Assembly (NCBI GenBank): GCA_964016885.1
Contig: OZ024743.1
Coordinates: 122,140,001 to 122,204,000, forward strand
DNA length: 64,000 nt
Reading direction: 5' to 3'
Source: Eledone cirrhosa
Lineage: Eukaryota
Shown: positions 15,647 through 30,844 of the stretch, piece after piece
How the letters are laid out: each line of letters starts with the position of its first letter
How positions within the stretch are numbered: the first letter of the stretch is position 1
Translations under genes and position numbers: made by a program
The notes under the pieces: generated by a model
The model's database searches: none
What the model saw: the letters and a program-made list of their open reading frames with translations, nothing else
What the model was told of the DNA's origin: nothing

Positions 15647-17221
15647 TTAAAGACAGCAGGAAGTTGAGGTATAAAGAGTATGACAGATCTGCAGATTGGT
15701 GGTGAAACAAGACTGTGTTCCAATGGATTGCAAATTGAGTACTCTCATCAAAGTAAAAATTGATCCTCTAGACTGTGTCTCTTATACAGCATCTAAGCTA
15801 TTAGATCATGCAGAGAATATATTGGAAAGAGTTGTTTGAGAAGAAAGCAAAGTTGATAAAATGTAATATGGATTTGTATCAGGAAAAGAAATGACTGATG
15901 CAACATGTGTGAGGCAGTTATAAAAGTACAGGGACAAGAGGAAGAATTTATTTTGGGGGTTTGTTGATCTGGAAAAGGCTTTCAGTGTAATTTCACTTGT
16001 GATAGTGACATAGGCATTGAGAGAGCAGGGGTTGGAGGAATGGTTAGTTAGAGTAGTGATGACAAGTTATGTGAAAGCATGTACAGTCATAAGGATGAAG
16101 GATGGGAATAGTGATGAGTTTGAAGTGAAGGTTGGCATGCATCAGGTGTCAATATTAAACCCCCTACTATTTGTAGTTGTCATAGAGGCACTGATTCGAA
16201 GGTTAAAGGAGGATTTACCAAGGGAGTTTCTGTATGAAGACGACCTGGTATTGACTGAGAAAAGATGAATAGGTGAAAGGAATGTATGGAGGCAAAGGGT
16301 GAATATCAGAAAGATGAAGGTGATAGCATGTGGTGAAATGAACAGAATAGGAAGGTAGCCATGTATAGAGTCCAAGAAGATATTGGAGGGAACTCTATTA
16401 AATGTATGATATGCAATGTGTGAATACCAAAAAAACCCCCAAAAGCAACCCTAGTGGCATGAAAAGATTATTAAATAATATGACAAGTAAAGTGTAAAGT
16501 ATACATAGAAGGAGCTACAGATAGAGAGAATGTTGAGCTGGATCTTGGGACTGGTGTGAAAGTGGAAGGTGTTAAACGTTTTGTTACTTCCGAGACATGC
16601 TGAATAGAGAGGGCAGATCCGACTCCATGGCAGTATTTAGTGTGAGATGTGCAAGGAAGAAGGTTTGAGAACGGGAACAGTGTGGTATGCTAACAAAGAG
16701 AGGAGTGTTGCTGAAACTGAAGGGAAAAGTGAATATTGCATGTGTGAGAAGTGCTATGATTTATGTGAGTAGGACATTACCGTCTAACTCATGCTAGCAT
16801 GGAAGAATGGACGTGAAATGATGATGATGGGTGATGAATGTGGAGCAACAGCGAAGGTTAGAAAGAACATAAATGAAAATGGTCTGGTAAAGAGTGGAGT
16901 ATCATTGAGAGAGAGGAAGATAAACAATGGGTTGCAGAGGATGATAACATTAGAGTCAGCAATAAATGTTGTGAACAAAATTGAAATAAGATTGTTAGGT
17001 CATGTGTTGAGGAAAAATGAAAGTGACTGTGTAAGAGGAGTGACAGAAATGAATGTGGAAGGGTACATGGCAAGGAGAAGACCAAGAAAGATATGGTTAA
17101 ATATAAAATGGGATGAAAAGAAAATTAGTGAGGGGGATGCAGATGATAAGTCAAGATGGGGAAGCTTGTCATGGGATATACAAGGCTAAATCCTTCACTT
17201 GTGTGTATATATAATCATAAT

Positions 17222-17390
17222 ATAATTGTTTCTACTTTAGGCACAAGGCCAACAATTATCCAGTGCATTACTAGTACTTTATTTTATCGACCCCGTAAGG
17301 ATGAAAAGCAAAGTCAACCTCGGCGGGATTTGAACTCAGATCGTAAAGGGACGTAAATATGCTGGAAAGCATGGCACCCGACATGGCTGT
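17222..17390 (-). mobile_element. tRNA-derived SINE family 2 (Meta-domain-like)
   Basis: Reverse complement of GAGTTCAAATCCCGCCGAGG...TTTCATCCTTACGGGGTCGATAAAATAAAGTAC...GTAGAAACAATTA. Confidence 0.75.
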
Positions 17391-20300
17391 AAAACGTTTA
17401 CTGTAAAATCATATGAGTATGAGTGGGATGTGGTTACCCGACTAGTTTCACCTCAGTATGTGACAGCCTGCCTAACCCATGTAAGCATGGACAATAGAGG
17501 TTAAACAGTGATGATATATAAATGTGCATGCATTTATCAAGTTAATGACTCTTACAAGACTAGTTCTGTTTCTTTCTCTAAGAATTTATCTGACCGCACT
17601 CAAACGAATTTTTAGCAAAGGAAACAGAAAAATTATACATATTTTCTTTCCTTTTTATGGTAGGGTGTGATTTGAGAGAGATATGCTTTCCATTTCTAAA
17701 ATATCGAGTGAATACGTAGTGTCTCCTTCGTTAGCTCTGACATTGATTTAGGCACAGGGCCAGCAATTTAGGGGGGGGGGGGGGGGCTGTGGGTGGTGCA
17801 ATTATACTGACCCCCCAATACTTGAATGGTACTTTACTTGATAATACACGGAAACATCGGCGGGAATTGAACTCTGAACACATTATATAATGTCAGATGC
17901 CTTAATATTCCTGCAAATCTACTACTCTAATATTAAAACTTAGTTGTTGTTTAGAGCTAGGGCAGCCTGAGATTAAAGGGATTCCAGCCAGGTCAATTCT
18001 GTCTTTTTAAGGGTATATAGAACAACACTCTAAAAACGTGTCCCTCCACTTTTCATGACGGTAGCGGATCATTTGACAACTATTTCTTACAGGTCGAGCA
18101 ATCACGCAGAAACTCCCATCCTTATTGAGCACAGGTGAGACTTATGTCACAGTGCTTAAGTTGAAATCTTGTTTGTGTACAATTATTATTTGAAGAAATA
18201 GCAGATATGAAAATAATCGGACACGTGTTAAGAGGAATAAAAACTGATACAAAATAATCAGAGAGAGAATTTTAAACAGGCAAAACAAATCTCCTTTTTT
18301 TCGTTCTTATACTTGTATGATATTAAACAAATATACCAAAAATTAATTCTATTATCAAAAGGACAAAAGGTGTATGAAAAAAAAATGAAATATACAAAAA
18401 GCATTCGTGTGAATGCGAAACAATATTTCTCGGCAAATAAGAATATATTTGAGGAGAATAAAAGAATGCGGAAAAAAAATCATCATGGCAATACGATAGC
18501 CTTGTCTTAAGTTTCCTCTTATTAACTCATAAGTGAGATGCAGCACGCCAAGTTTATCTTAATATGAAGTTATAGGAAAGGCTATCGAATGAATTGCTTT
18601 AAAATAATTTAAATTGATTTTAATATATGCACTTCATCTTTTATCACTTATTATTATTTAAATTATTTATTTATAATTAGTAAGTTCAGGAAAGTAATTA
18701 GATAAATAATAAACAGAACTTTGTAATAGATGAAAGAGGAAAACCACTTAACATAAACTTATAAGAAATTTAATTAAAGCGAAAAATCACTCCACATTAA
18801 ATCAGAAAACTTTAAAAGTTAATTCTGAAGTTTCTTACCTATGGAGAAGCCCACTAAAATAGCTACGCAGACCTGCTTTTATTCATTACCTGTGTCGCAG
18901 GCAGGTTGTAACTAAACATTTTAAAAAGATCAGACATGTTTTGAAGGGAGAAACCAGAACAACTTACCTGGTTTAGAAGGATGGTTCCAACATTGGCTAC
19001 GTCTACTATAATTTTTCTTCTTCTGTCTTTAAGCTAGAACAGAATGAATTAAAACAGCCGTGCTCTATTGAAGTTATTAATTACACTGTTACCAATGTAC
19101 AAGTGACTGAATAGTGTCGCCTGCTGTCACACTACACCTGATCTCTAAATGGGCGGGGCTGTGCAATATATCAAACAAGTATGTTTTGTGGAGTTGATAA
19201 CATTTTTACCTATTCATTTCTATGATACCACTTGTACTGAGACACATTTCTTTGCAGCCAAATATTTGTTGTGTAGTTGTCAACACTTTCACTCATTCAT
19301 TTTTATTTGTAATCTATAAAAAAATAAATGTCTGTAAACTTTGAATCAGTAACATTTTCTATTATACACACGCGCATATACATACATACAAACACAGGGT
19401 GTCCCCCCCCCCCCAAAAAAAAATGCATGCACACTTCAATAGCATTCTAATAAATATTGCCTGTACAGGTAATCAAAGTATGTATACATTTTTGTATATA
19501 TAATCATTTTATTAAGGCTAAATAGTGAGTCTTATCACAGGGTCATTAAACGGTATTGAGTACTCTTTTATCTCAGCAGTCAACTACAGAAAGGATATGT
19601 GTGTATGCGTGTAGTATGTCCAAACATTTTGTGAACGAATGGGGGAAGGGGGCACTCAATACATGTTTGTGGAGTACGTTTTTATTTAAACAGAATTGTC
19701 TTTTTCGCTGATCGAGTTTCACGGTACATGGGAATTCGTTAAATATTTGTTTCTTATGAAGGCAAAAAAAAAAAAAAAAATCGAATTTTTGCTGGGGAGA
19801 AGAAACCTAAAGTTGCGAAGTTTATTCATTTTTCAAGATATATTTGCGACACGGAGACAAATGATACAACTGAAAATTGAATATAGTGTCCGAAATAGGT
19901 TTGCTGAGAGCTTACAGATATTCTATACTAGAAAATATTCTAAGATATATAAAATTAATTTAAATGTGTGTAATTTGAAAACATGCATTTTCTGAAAAAC
20001 GAACAAACAAAATCATTTAACAATGGAACAAGTACACTTTATTGTTAAACAGGATCGGGAACAAGTCTTTACAATTTAGTATAAGGGGAGGTAAGTAAGT
20101 TAGTTTTAAAATATTAAAAAAATACTGTTGGCCTTCCATACTTAACAGAGAAGTCACGCTTTATTTCCTATGTGTTTTGAAAAACAAGGGTGATTGGAGA
20201 AAAAAATTAGGCAGACGAAAATTGTCATAACGTTCATTTGAGATTTAAATCATTACTAATATATAGTATTATTTATGTGAATTGTTTTATAAAAAATAAA

Positions 20301-20504
20301 TTGCGATTATTAAAGAACACAAACAGCGAAACAATTGTTTGTAAATAAAAATATTTGATGATTTAAAACAACGATTTAAGATAAATAATGTATTTTCTCT
20401 CGTTTTAAAAATCTCTAGCGATTTTATAAAATTATTTTTAATGGTCTCTTTTTTTGGCAAACGTGATTTGCAGTCGAGTTAAATAAACAGCTAATAGGAT
20501 GAGA

Positions 20505-20545
20505 GCGAAATGACGTCACTCGAATATCAACACCGCCATTTTTCA
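20505..20545 (+). promoter_or_regulatory. PPP4R2 core promoter motifs (CRE, YY1)
   Basis: TGACGTCA at 20511-20518 and CCGCCATTTT at 20533-20542, just upstream of the start codon in a locally CpG-retaining region. Confidence 0.55.
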
Positions 20546-20584
20546 CAGTACATGGCGCAGGACGTTGTTTTTGGAGTTCGAGTC

Positions 20585-20621
20585 ATGGAAGATCAAGAAG
20601 CTATATTAGATGCATTGACTG
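20585..20621 (+). CDS. PPP4R2: Ser/Thr protein phosphatase 4 regulatory subunit 2, coding exon 1
   Basis: MEDQEAILDALT+G, donor GTTAG; an in-frame upstream ATG at 20552 would add 11 aa. Confidence 0.85.
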
Positions 20622-20720
20622 GTTAGCATGTCATTTATTATTGATCACTTTATTCAATTTATCTTCAGTGAATCATTATAAATCCTCTAATGTCCGTCTT
20701 TGTTCTCCATTTATCTGTAG

Positions 20721-20802
20721 AAGTTGAGCGCAAGGCAAATAAGGAAATTCCTCCTATATTGGACCAGTACTTGCTGCAAGTAGCGAAGACTGGAGAAACC
20801 TT
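20721..20802 (+). CDS. PPP4R2: PPP4R2 coding exon 2
   Basis: TAG acceptor; EVERKANKEIPPILDQYLLQVAKTGET matches the family motif LDQ.L..VAKTGET; GTAAGT donor. Confidence 0.93.
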
Positions 20803-21432
20803 GTAAGTTAATTTTATTGTTATATTCTCATGATTCTTTCTCTATGTTTTTCTTAAGGACTAATTGAACCTACAGTTTCTTTCAATTTTATTTAAAACCA
20901 ATATATATATATTCAAATACGAGCTAAGTACACATACCCGGTACTAATAGCAGTCTAGAAAAGAAAATATAGATTGTTACATTCTTCTCAGACATTATAT
21001 ATCAGGAATGAATTTATTAATACTGCATCTGTTGTAAATATACTCCGTTTTATTATTATATCCTTTGTTTCTAATTAAATTTTTCTATATCCAAACATCG
21101 TATATGGAGAGAGTCCTCACTAAATGTTTTACAAAATAAAGGTTGGCAGGTTGTATATATTTCTCCACATATTCTGTCAAATAAATATTAAATTTGTTTA
21201 TATTTATATATATATATATATTATATAATGTAACATGCGTACATAGATGTATAGTTATATCTAATGTAACGTGTATATATTGATAGATGTATAGTTATAA
21301 TAACTTATGTAATGTGCGTAAATGTAGACAAATGTATAGTTATAATGTAACATGCGTATATATAGATAAATGTGTAGCTATATGTTACGTGTGTATATAT
21401 AGATGTATAACTATGTATGATGCAACGTGCGA

Positions 21433-21474
<42 letters not shown>

Positions 21475-21756
21475 ATATAGAGAATGTACGTATATAAATG
21501 TGTATAAAATAAGCGTTAAATTATATAAAATAAAAAGGTTTGGGTACAGATGTATCTATATTTTTGTATATAGACGTGTTTATATATATAATATATCTGT
21601 GTGTGTGTGTATATATAGAGAGATAGATATATAGGTGTGTGTATATATATATGTGTATATACACATGTATATAACTATATAGATGTGTGTATATATTTAG
21701 ATGAGTATATACGTATATATAGTTGTATGTGTTTATATATATAGAGAGAGAGATCA

Positions 21757-22375
<619 letters not shown>

Positions 22376-23477
22376 GGAGAGAGAGAGATGCTGTCCAGAC
22401 AATCAGGAAAGAATAAAGTTGCAAAAGTCAGAGCAGTGTGTGTGTGTATATATATATATGCTGGTGACCTGATAAAAAAAAGCACTGAATCCACTGTTAT
22501 GACAATGAAAGACATTCAATTCACACTGATGTGATTGGCATGAGGAAAAGTATACAATCTTAGAAACCAAGTCAAAAAGCAGTTCCATAGGACCAAGACA
22601 TAGTCTTCTGACCTAACTAGTCTCATAATTTGAGGAACCTTGTGCGTATCTTCTATAGCCTCAAACGGAACAATGCTTTGTGAATGAAATTGGTGAGCAG
22701 AAGCTGTGAAGCAGGTCATACATGTGAGTGCATATTCTATTTGCCACAAATCATTATGCCTGTAACCACTTACAAAAAAAGGTTTGTGGTGACAGTTTTT
22801 TTTAATGTCCCTCAAGGGCCATATGTCTTACAGTGCCATGGTGTATATCCTACTTAAAGGAAGGCTGTAGGTTGGCATCAGGAAAGATCTGGCTGTAGAA
22901 TATCTGCCAGTAAAAATGGTATCATCCAACCCTTGCAGATATGGAAAGATATATGTAAAATAATGATATTGATGGATGTTTCTAGTGGAAAGGTATCATG
23001 AAATGAAATTGGAACTCCATTAATCCATCGCTTGCATGTTGTTCCCTTGGTTCTGACATCCAATCACTTGGTGTTATAAACTTGCAGAGCTGGTTGACCA
23101 ATTGGCATCATATGACTAAACCACTATTTGTTGAGTTATTAACTGGCTGATAGATATGGCATCAACCATCTGCTTGATATCATTTTTTATCCTGTCTCTT
23201 CTGATTTTAGCAATTGCTTGCAGGGGATATTTCACAAGTCCTGCATTTTTGCTTCAGAATTTTATTGAGGGTGGATCTGGTACCTGTGGTCATGAAGATT
23301 GAGTTGATCAGTCAGGCTTTGGTTTATTTAGGGAAGGTGCTAGTTGACAGCACACTGAACCTGCCTTCTGGACTCCAGTCTCTGTTCTTCTAATCAGCTT
23401 CCCACCCTCAACAAAGATGTTCCCCAAGTATGTGTGTATATATATATTTATATGTGTGTGTGTGTGTGTGTGTGTCG

Positions 23478-24035
23478 ATCATCAGTTTTAAGTCTGCTTT
23501 TCCATGCTTACATGGGTTGGATGAGTCTTCTCCAGGACAGCTTCCTTCCAACTCATGTTTTTTCATTATCCATTCTGAGGTTCAGATCAGCTCTCTCCAC
23601 TTCTGCTTAAATATTCCTCAGTTTTTATCTTCTCCACTCAATGATCATCATTCATACACATATTTCCTAACTATAATCTTTTCTCTTGAGTACTAAATTT
23701 GATTCCACTTTTGTCCAGTTTTCCTTCAATTCTTCCTTGCTTTATCATTCATGCACACTAACGTTTCACATCCATCGGAGCATGCTAACCTCATTTCTTT
23801 CCAACCTTCACACACCTACATACAAATCTGATGTCTCACTACCATGCGGTATCGCATTTTGCATCCCTGTTCTTATTTTGCTTACTATGCTTTTAGGGTA
23901 CCCTCCTTCAATACTAATTAGATTACTGACATAACAGAAGCTATCAACTACTTCTGTAGAGTTTTCCTTGGATTGGAAAAAGTTTATTTCACTAATGCTA
24001 TTACTACTAACTACACATGTATTTGCTTCACACAA
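23478..24035 (-). mobile_element. Degenerate RTE LINE 3' fragment
   Basis: EVVDSFCY...IEGG...KIRTG...HGSET...LERNEVSMLRWM remnants and an RTE tail. Confidence 0.8.
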
Positions 24036-24963
24036 AGTCCCCTTTCTCTATTAACTTTATCTCAGAAAAGCAATTCTGTTTCAATGAAGTATATATTTTT
24101 GTGTATGTTGGCATTTCTCTCAGACAAATTTAATGTATATGGCTTGCTTTATTAGTTTTGTGAAAAACTCAAACTGGTTAGGGGTAGGGTGTTTCCTGTA
24201 GGAAGCATATGTTTTTTTCCAGGCTATATTTTATTTTACTATTTTGTGGTTCCAGAAAATCATGGGTATCACCAATCACATTTTGGATGAACTCTGTGTT
24301 ATTTGTGGAGCAGTGAAAATGTTTACCCTTTGTTGGATAATGTATTACTTATTTCAAAAATATCATGTTAGAAAGGTCAACAGTCAGGCAGAGATCATGC
24401 TGGACTTTGTTCATGCAGTTGCATTCTTAAGAAAATGTGGCTTTCATTGAACCCTGTGAAGGTTAATATCTCCCAAGAGAAGTAATTTATTTTTTTAAGG
24501 CTATCTTGAAATTTATCCATCTGATTTGAGGCATCTGGTAGATTTAACAATTGTGAGTTGTTTTATATGTAATATCAATGTCACAAACTGAGTTGGAGTA
24601 GGATCACAGGACCAGATGTGTGGTACCTTTATGGATGTAGATCTCAACTATACCAAGATTGCTTTCTTTCCTATCAGAATGAAATACAACAAAATTTGGT
24701 ATGTGTATTTCTATGTTAGATGTGTTTCTGTTATCCCTGTTAAGTTGTACCAGGCCTCTGGTGTTCAGTGGTAGTACCGCTGTGATATTTGTGTAAGTAT
24801 CAGTGGTTGCTACTCTGGATATGTTTTTTGCAGTGGTTGTCAGTGCTGGTGTGCATGGCTTTTATGTGATAACTTATGCAACTGTGATAACCTGTTCAAC
24901 CCATGCCGGCATGGCAAGCAGAGGTAAAGTGATGATGTAATATATATATTTACAGTATTTTAA

Positions 24964-25190
24964 CCCTTTAGTATTTACATTACTCTATATTTACTATTAT
25001 ATTTTCATGGTAAAGGCTTTATCTCACATAATTAACTCACATGATATCGAATCTATGAGATTTTGATATTATTTATTTTGAGAACAATACCTTAACATCA
25101 ATATGAGAGTTTCAGGCTAGTTTCAGTTGGTTTGGGCAGAAAGAGGAGAGAGAATTCTGGTTAGATATGGCCGGTTTAAATGCTAAAGGG
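24964..25190 (-). mobile_element. piggyBac-type MITE
   Basis: TTAA|CCCTTTAGTATTTA ... TAAATGCTAAAGGG|TTAC. Confidence 0.85.
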
Positions 25191-26035
25191 TTACAGCAAT
25201 TTTCTTTGCTAAAACTGGGGATAGCCTTCTCTTCATTTTTCATAATGATTTTCAGAAAGAAAAAGTATTTTCTGGTTAGTAAGGTCTAGTTTGAAAGATT
25301 TAAGAATACAACACTGAGGCTGTTAGTAATTATCTTGAGGAGCTGAAGGAAATTACTCACTTGAAGAAATATATAACATTAATGAAACTTGGCTTTTCTA
25401 GAAGCACATGTCTGAAGAAAAATGAACACCAGGTTTTAAAGTGTACAAAAATTGCCTAACACTTTTGAGAGGAATTGCTGCTGCTGGTATAAAATTATAT
25501 ATGTGTATGGAACATGTATGAGGTATGTCCCTTTGTCTGTCTAGAACAGTACTGGTAAAGGACTGACTTAATCTGTGGCAACTTCTCTAATTCATTGAAA
25601 AACAGATGTTAAATGATGATGTGTATGCTCTCTATTATATATTTGAAGTATATTTTACACTGTATTGATTGCAAATTAGTTTGCTGCTAAGTGCTTGTAG
25701 TCTTTTTTTTATGTCTTGGATGTATTATGTAAATGACAGATTTTAATTTTATTCAGCACCTTGTGTTTTGATCTTAACATGGAGATGGTAACATTATTGA
25801 ATTAAAAAAATTGTTTTCTCAAGTGTTTATCCTTTAGTCATAGGCTAATTACTTGTACTTGCATTGGTGTTCACCCAGGATTGGTTGAGACAGTTTCAAT
25901 CTGTGAATCCACACCACAAATAGAGAAACTCCATGCACTGCGATCACACATCCAATCCAGATATTGTTTGTCAGTCATGATTCCAACAGTGGTCACTATG
26001 AGTGTGTGTGTGTATATACATATATATATATATAT

Positions 26036-26368
26036 GGAGGCACATGGCTTAGTGGTTAGAGCATTGGCCTTACAATCGAAAGGTGAGTTCAATTCTCAGA
26101 CCGGGTGATGTGTTGTTTCCTTGAGCAAGACACTTTATTTCACATTGCTCCAGTTTACTCAGCTGTAGAAATGAGATGATAGGGACTGGGGTCCCTATCA
26201 TTCCACTGTAAAGTGGTCGTGTAGGCGCCACGGAAAAAAAAGCACCCAGCACTCACTGTAAATGAGGTTGGTGTTAGGAAGGGCATCCAGCTGTAGAAAT
26301 CAAGCCAGAATCAGTTCCCGTCCTACTCTTGCAAGCAGGGAAAAGCGGACGTAAAATGATGATGATGA
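26036..26368 (+). mobile_element. tRNA-derived SINE family 1
   Basis: A/B boxes, CORE-like body, hairpin ATGATAGGGAC-TGGG-GTCCCTATCAT, GGAAGGGCATCCAGCTGTAGAAA and (GAT)n tail. Confidence 0.87.
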
Positions 26369-26519
26369 TATAAGGATCAGATATTAGCTCAAGATCTGAC
26401 TTTATTGAAGCAAGTCCATGCTGTTTAGACTGTAAGGGGCTCTTGCTCAACTGCATTGCAGTTTATTTTGTCGGCAGCAGAGTGCATGACCAAACCAATG
26501 GGAGTATTATTTTGGTAAG

Positions 26520-26835
26520 AGTTATTGGAGTTAGAGCGTCGGACTTACAATCGTGATGTTGTAAGTTCAATTCTCGGACCAGGCTGTGCATTGTGTTCTT
26601 GAGCAAAACACTTTATTTCACATTGTTCCAGTTCACTTAGCTGTAAAAATGATTTGCAACGTCACTGGTCCAACCTATATTGGCATTTACATTTACCTTG
26701 GACAACATCGGTGGCATGGAGAGGGGAAGCTAGTATGCATGGGTGACTGCTGGTCTTCTACAAACAACTTTGTCCCAACTTGTGCTTCAGAAGGTTCAAA
26801 TCCCATGGACATTTGTGGCCAAAGGGGGTCTGTAC
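26520..26835 (+). mobile_element. Older tRNA/CORE-like SINE with a different tail
   Basis: GTTAGAGC...AAGTTCAATTCTC...CTTGAGCAAAACACTTTATTTCACATTG head and body shared with family 1. Confidence 0.65.
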
Positions 26836-27249
26836 ACTTTTTTTAAAATTTTATTAGTGAATCAATTCAGTAGCAGTGATAAATTTTAGAATTTGGCATA
26901 AAATAAAATGCATGAACATGGAGGATTCAGCAAAGGCAAAAGTGGTCAAATACTTCAAACTTGCATATGAATGGATCTCTGAACTAGACAAGAGTCAGCT
27001 TCATAGATGACAAAATGCAGCACATGCATGGTTGATGCAGATATTTATCCAGTCTTTATCTTATCCTGTGACAATAAAAGGGGTGCTGTGATACTTGAAT
27101 TAATCTACCTGTTTCAAAATCTTGCTATTGAGTATGACAAAACTCTTTCAAATTACAAGATGCCAACAGATACTTTGGTTGGACTGCATTGATTGACATG
27201 TACATGTGTTCAATGGGTAATTGAATATCGATGTAATCACGAGGCTGAC

Positions 27250-27900
27250 AGCTTGGCCATGGTCAGTGACATAGAAATTTTTATCCACAACAACGATTTG
27301 AAAATATTTCAGTGCATGCTCAGTAAAGAAGTTGATGACATAGTTGAATAGTGTTTGAGGTCAAACACAGACCTGTTGGACACCTTAATGAATTTTTAAG
27401 AGACCAGGTTCTTCACTGTAACTGAACTTCTGCTTGTGTAGAACTTGTGATATGCTCTAAGATACAGCAGCTTCACAAGCAGTCCCTTTGCAATTATGTT
27501 CTCCTAGCCTAGCTGTGGTTGGCAGAATCAAATGCTGCCATAAAGTCCATAATCAGGTGATAGTTTGCTGCTTGTAACTCAAGTACTGTTTCAGAATCCT
27601 TATTAAGGTGAAGATTTGAACTGTGTAACCTCAGCACTTACACAAACCACATGGATATGATTGGATACATTGATCACACTCATGTTAAATCATTGTGCAA
27701 GTATGATTGTGAATATCTTGGCAGCAATATCTAACCCTGATGCCCCTGTTGCTGCAACATCACCTATCACCCTTATTGAAGAAAAAGACTGAATCACTCC
27801 AGTCTTGTGGAGATTTTGTGTCCTGGATATATGTGATCACAAAGTGCAGCCAAGGAACTAAATCTTATGCTTGTCCTCATGACTGATAATAGATATTACT
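27250..27900 (-). mobile_element. Highly decayed LINE RT remnant
   Basis: Minus-strand MDFMAAFDSANH and GVQQVCV*PQTLFN resemble RT motifs A and B. Confidence 0.5.
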
Positions 27901-30033
27901 TCCACATCATGGTTAAAATTAGTTGGCATATATGTTTGTCTAACAACATAAACTTGAGAAGCTTAAAAGGATAAACATATGCATTAGCTTGTTACAGATA
28001 TAATTTGTTGAAATAGAATTGCTTTCTCAATATTATGGCCAAGATTTACAAAAGGACTTGTTTACTATGGGACTTTTTACAGCTATGCAGTCTAAAACCA
28101 CATAATATTAACTATGGATATGTGTAGACATAGTATAAGAAAATTTGAGAGATATTTCTAGCAGGTTGGATGACTGCATAGCAGTATCCTTGTTGACTTG
28201 ATGGACATGGTGTAGAGATAATAGGAACTTCAATTCTTTTGTTGATAATCTTACATTATTGATATGGCTCAAAATTTTATGAAGAAAAAGTAGTGAAAAT
28301 TATTTACTATTACTTTTGAAAATAATAAAACAATGACATTTCTCATGTTATTTTCCTTCCAAAAGTGTCACACATGTATGTTTGAGAAAATTACAATTAT
28401 TTCCGGAAAAAAAAGAGTTATCACACCACTCAATTTTCATTCACTAAAATCCAATATTTACAGAAGATTGAAAAATGTCCAAAGTTGTTGCCCACTTTCC
28501 TGTTAATTGTGCTGTTCCCACAATCAGGAAGGAATCAAGTTGAAAAACATTTTTTCAAACAAGTTTTAAACATAAAAATGTTGAAACAAAGCTCATGAGA
28601 AATTTTGTTGAAATCTTAACTAGAAATTTCATACCTATTTTTGGTGGGAAAAAAAATCTACTGAATTTTTTATATTTTTATATATATATAACCAATTAGA
28701 CTTTCCAAGATAGTTTCTTCAGAACAAATAGTAGTTGTAATTTTTTTTTTTACATAAAAATATCAAGGTGTAGAAACAGATATCTGGACAAAATCCTGTG
28801 TTTTAATGTAGATATGTCATAAAATACTTTGAATTCAAATCTTACTGGTTTTCTCTTTCATCTCCTGGATTGATAAGATTGGCATGGCCTTGTGTCAATA
28901 TGATGAATACATATCTTTCTTTTAAAACTAATTGAACTTACTGTTTTTCTCATGTGAGTTATTCTAAGAAGTATAAATTTCATGCACCATAGGAAGTATT
29001 TATGCCTGATTATATCAGATTAAACAGTGGATATCTGTATGTATTGTTAGTAAATGTTAGAATAAAGAAAGAGATAGCGTTTCTTTGTTTCATGCTTTAT
29101 GAAACTTTTAAATACGGAATTGGATGACCTTGTTATCATCGTTTGGCATTTCTGCCTGTTCAGCCAGATTCTCTAACATGGCATTTAAAAAAAAATAATA
29201 GATATGTTTATTACATAGCTGTGGGGGTGGAGTACAGCTGACAGTTGTTAGAACGTCAGACAGAATGCTTTACAGTATTCGATCTGGCACTTTGCTCTCA
29301 GAGTTCAAACCCTACCAACGGCCACTTTGCTTTTCAGCCTTTCGAGGTTGATAAAAAAAAGTACTAGTCCAATTCTTATAGCGATTCTTCCTTTGTATCT
29401 CTATCTTATTTCCTTTCTCTCTTTCTCTGGAGGAAATTTGCTATGTTCAGACCTGGAGAGGAGATGGGTTCTGCCAGGTTTAAAAATTTGCTGAAGATAG
29501 GCTGCGTGTCATGATGGTCCCCTACGACTCCTTCAGGAGTTATGGGTTTACACATATATTAAATAGCTGCTGTCATGCTTGGTATTTCATTTGATATTGA
29601 TAATTGAGAGATTAAATTTCTTATTCTTACTATTATATATATACTCATAGACTGGGGCACTACATTAACCCCTTCAGTGATTTTGTTTTGTTTTATAATG
29701 GTTTGTTCTTAATTTAAAATAGTTATTTTCGATTAAATTAAACTATGTATTCCTATGTGCATTATTCTTTTTAGAATATGCACATGGGAGACTTTGTCCC
29801 AACAGTGGTATAAATTGGGAGAACTTTGTCCCAGTAGTATCCCTATTGCTAAAAAAATAACTACTTGCTAAATTATGCTAAATATTGAAAGGGCTAAAGG
29901 GATTTAGTCGATCATACTGACCACAGTATATTGTTTTTCAAGTGTGCTACATATTTTATGAACTCTTTTTGTTGAATTATTATGCAACATAAACACAGTC
30001 GCAAATATATATATATATATCATCATCGTTTAA

Positions 30034-30237
30034 CCCTTTAGTGTTCAAACCGGCCCAAACCAGCCAGAATTCTTTACCTCTTTCTGTTGAAACTGGCTGT
30101 AACTAGTCACTCAAACTGATGTTAAGGTATTGTTCTCTAAATAAATACTTTCAAAATCTCATAGATTCGATATTATGTGAGGTAAAGCCTTTACCATGAA
30201 AATATAATAGTATATATAAAATGTGAATGCTAAAGGG
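30034..30237 (+). mobile_element. piggyBac-type MITE nested in an RTE/SINE tail
   Basis: TTAA TSD on both sides, CCCTTTAG/CTAAAGGG TIRs; removing it restores CATCATCGTTTAACGTCTATCTTCCATGCTAGCA. Confidence 0.88.
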
Positions 30238-30844
30238 TTAACGTCTATCTTCCATGCTAGCATATATATATATATATATATACACAAACACATGCATGCA
30301 CACGCGACAAGCTTGCACAGATCCCATTCTCCAAATTTTGTTCACAAATCTATAGAAGACACTTGTCCTAGGTGCTACACAGTAGGGGTATATCTGAAAC
30401 AATGTGGTTGCAAAGCAAACACCTTAACCACATTACCATGCCTAAAATGTTTACTTTCTTTGATTTTTCGAAATGGATTTGAATTTAATTTAGCAACAGT
30501 GAAGATGCATGTGCTAATGGTTTGATTGTTGGGCTAACAGTCATAAGGTAATAGGTTGTTGAACTGCACATCACATTGTGGTTTTGAGCCAGATGCTTCA
30601 TTTCATGATTTTCATTATAGGCCTGGGGTTCCTATCATTAAGACACCAATGAAACCTCTTATGAGATGCTAAACATCTATAGGTGTGAACTCTAATTTCA
30701 TTTTGTTTATATTAATGTGGTGTTGAACACTGAAACTTGAAAATATATAGATAGATAGATGAATATATTTTATTTGTATTATTTTTGTTCTAAAGTGTTG
30801 CCTCTTTACTATGGAGACTTGATTTTACAGTTGTACATTGAAGT

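Larger units (their letters stand above)
14880..17190 (+). mobile_element. Old degenerate RTE LINE interrupted by (GA)n and piggyBac MITEs
   Basis: Remnants IKERWKRY..LL..KNE, FVDLEKAF, VGMHQVSILNPLLF, FLYEDDLVL, LLGHVLRK, RRRPRKIW. Confidence 0.8.

Noticed and set aside
26036-26108. tRNA genes (also 14230, 42050, 57515)
   Set aside because: A/B boxes run into SINE bodies and tails, with no complete cloverleaf or terminator; these are SINE heads.
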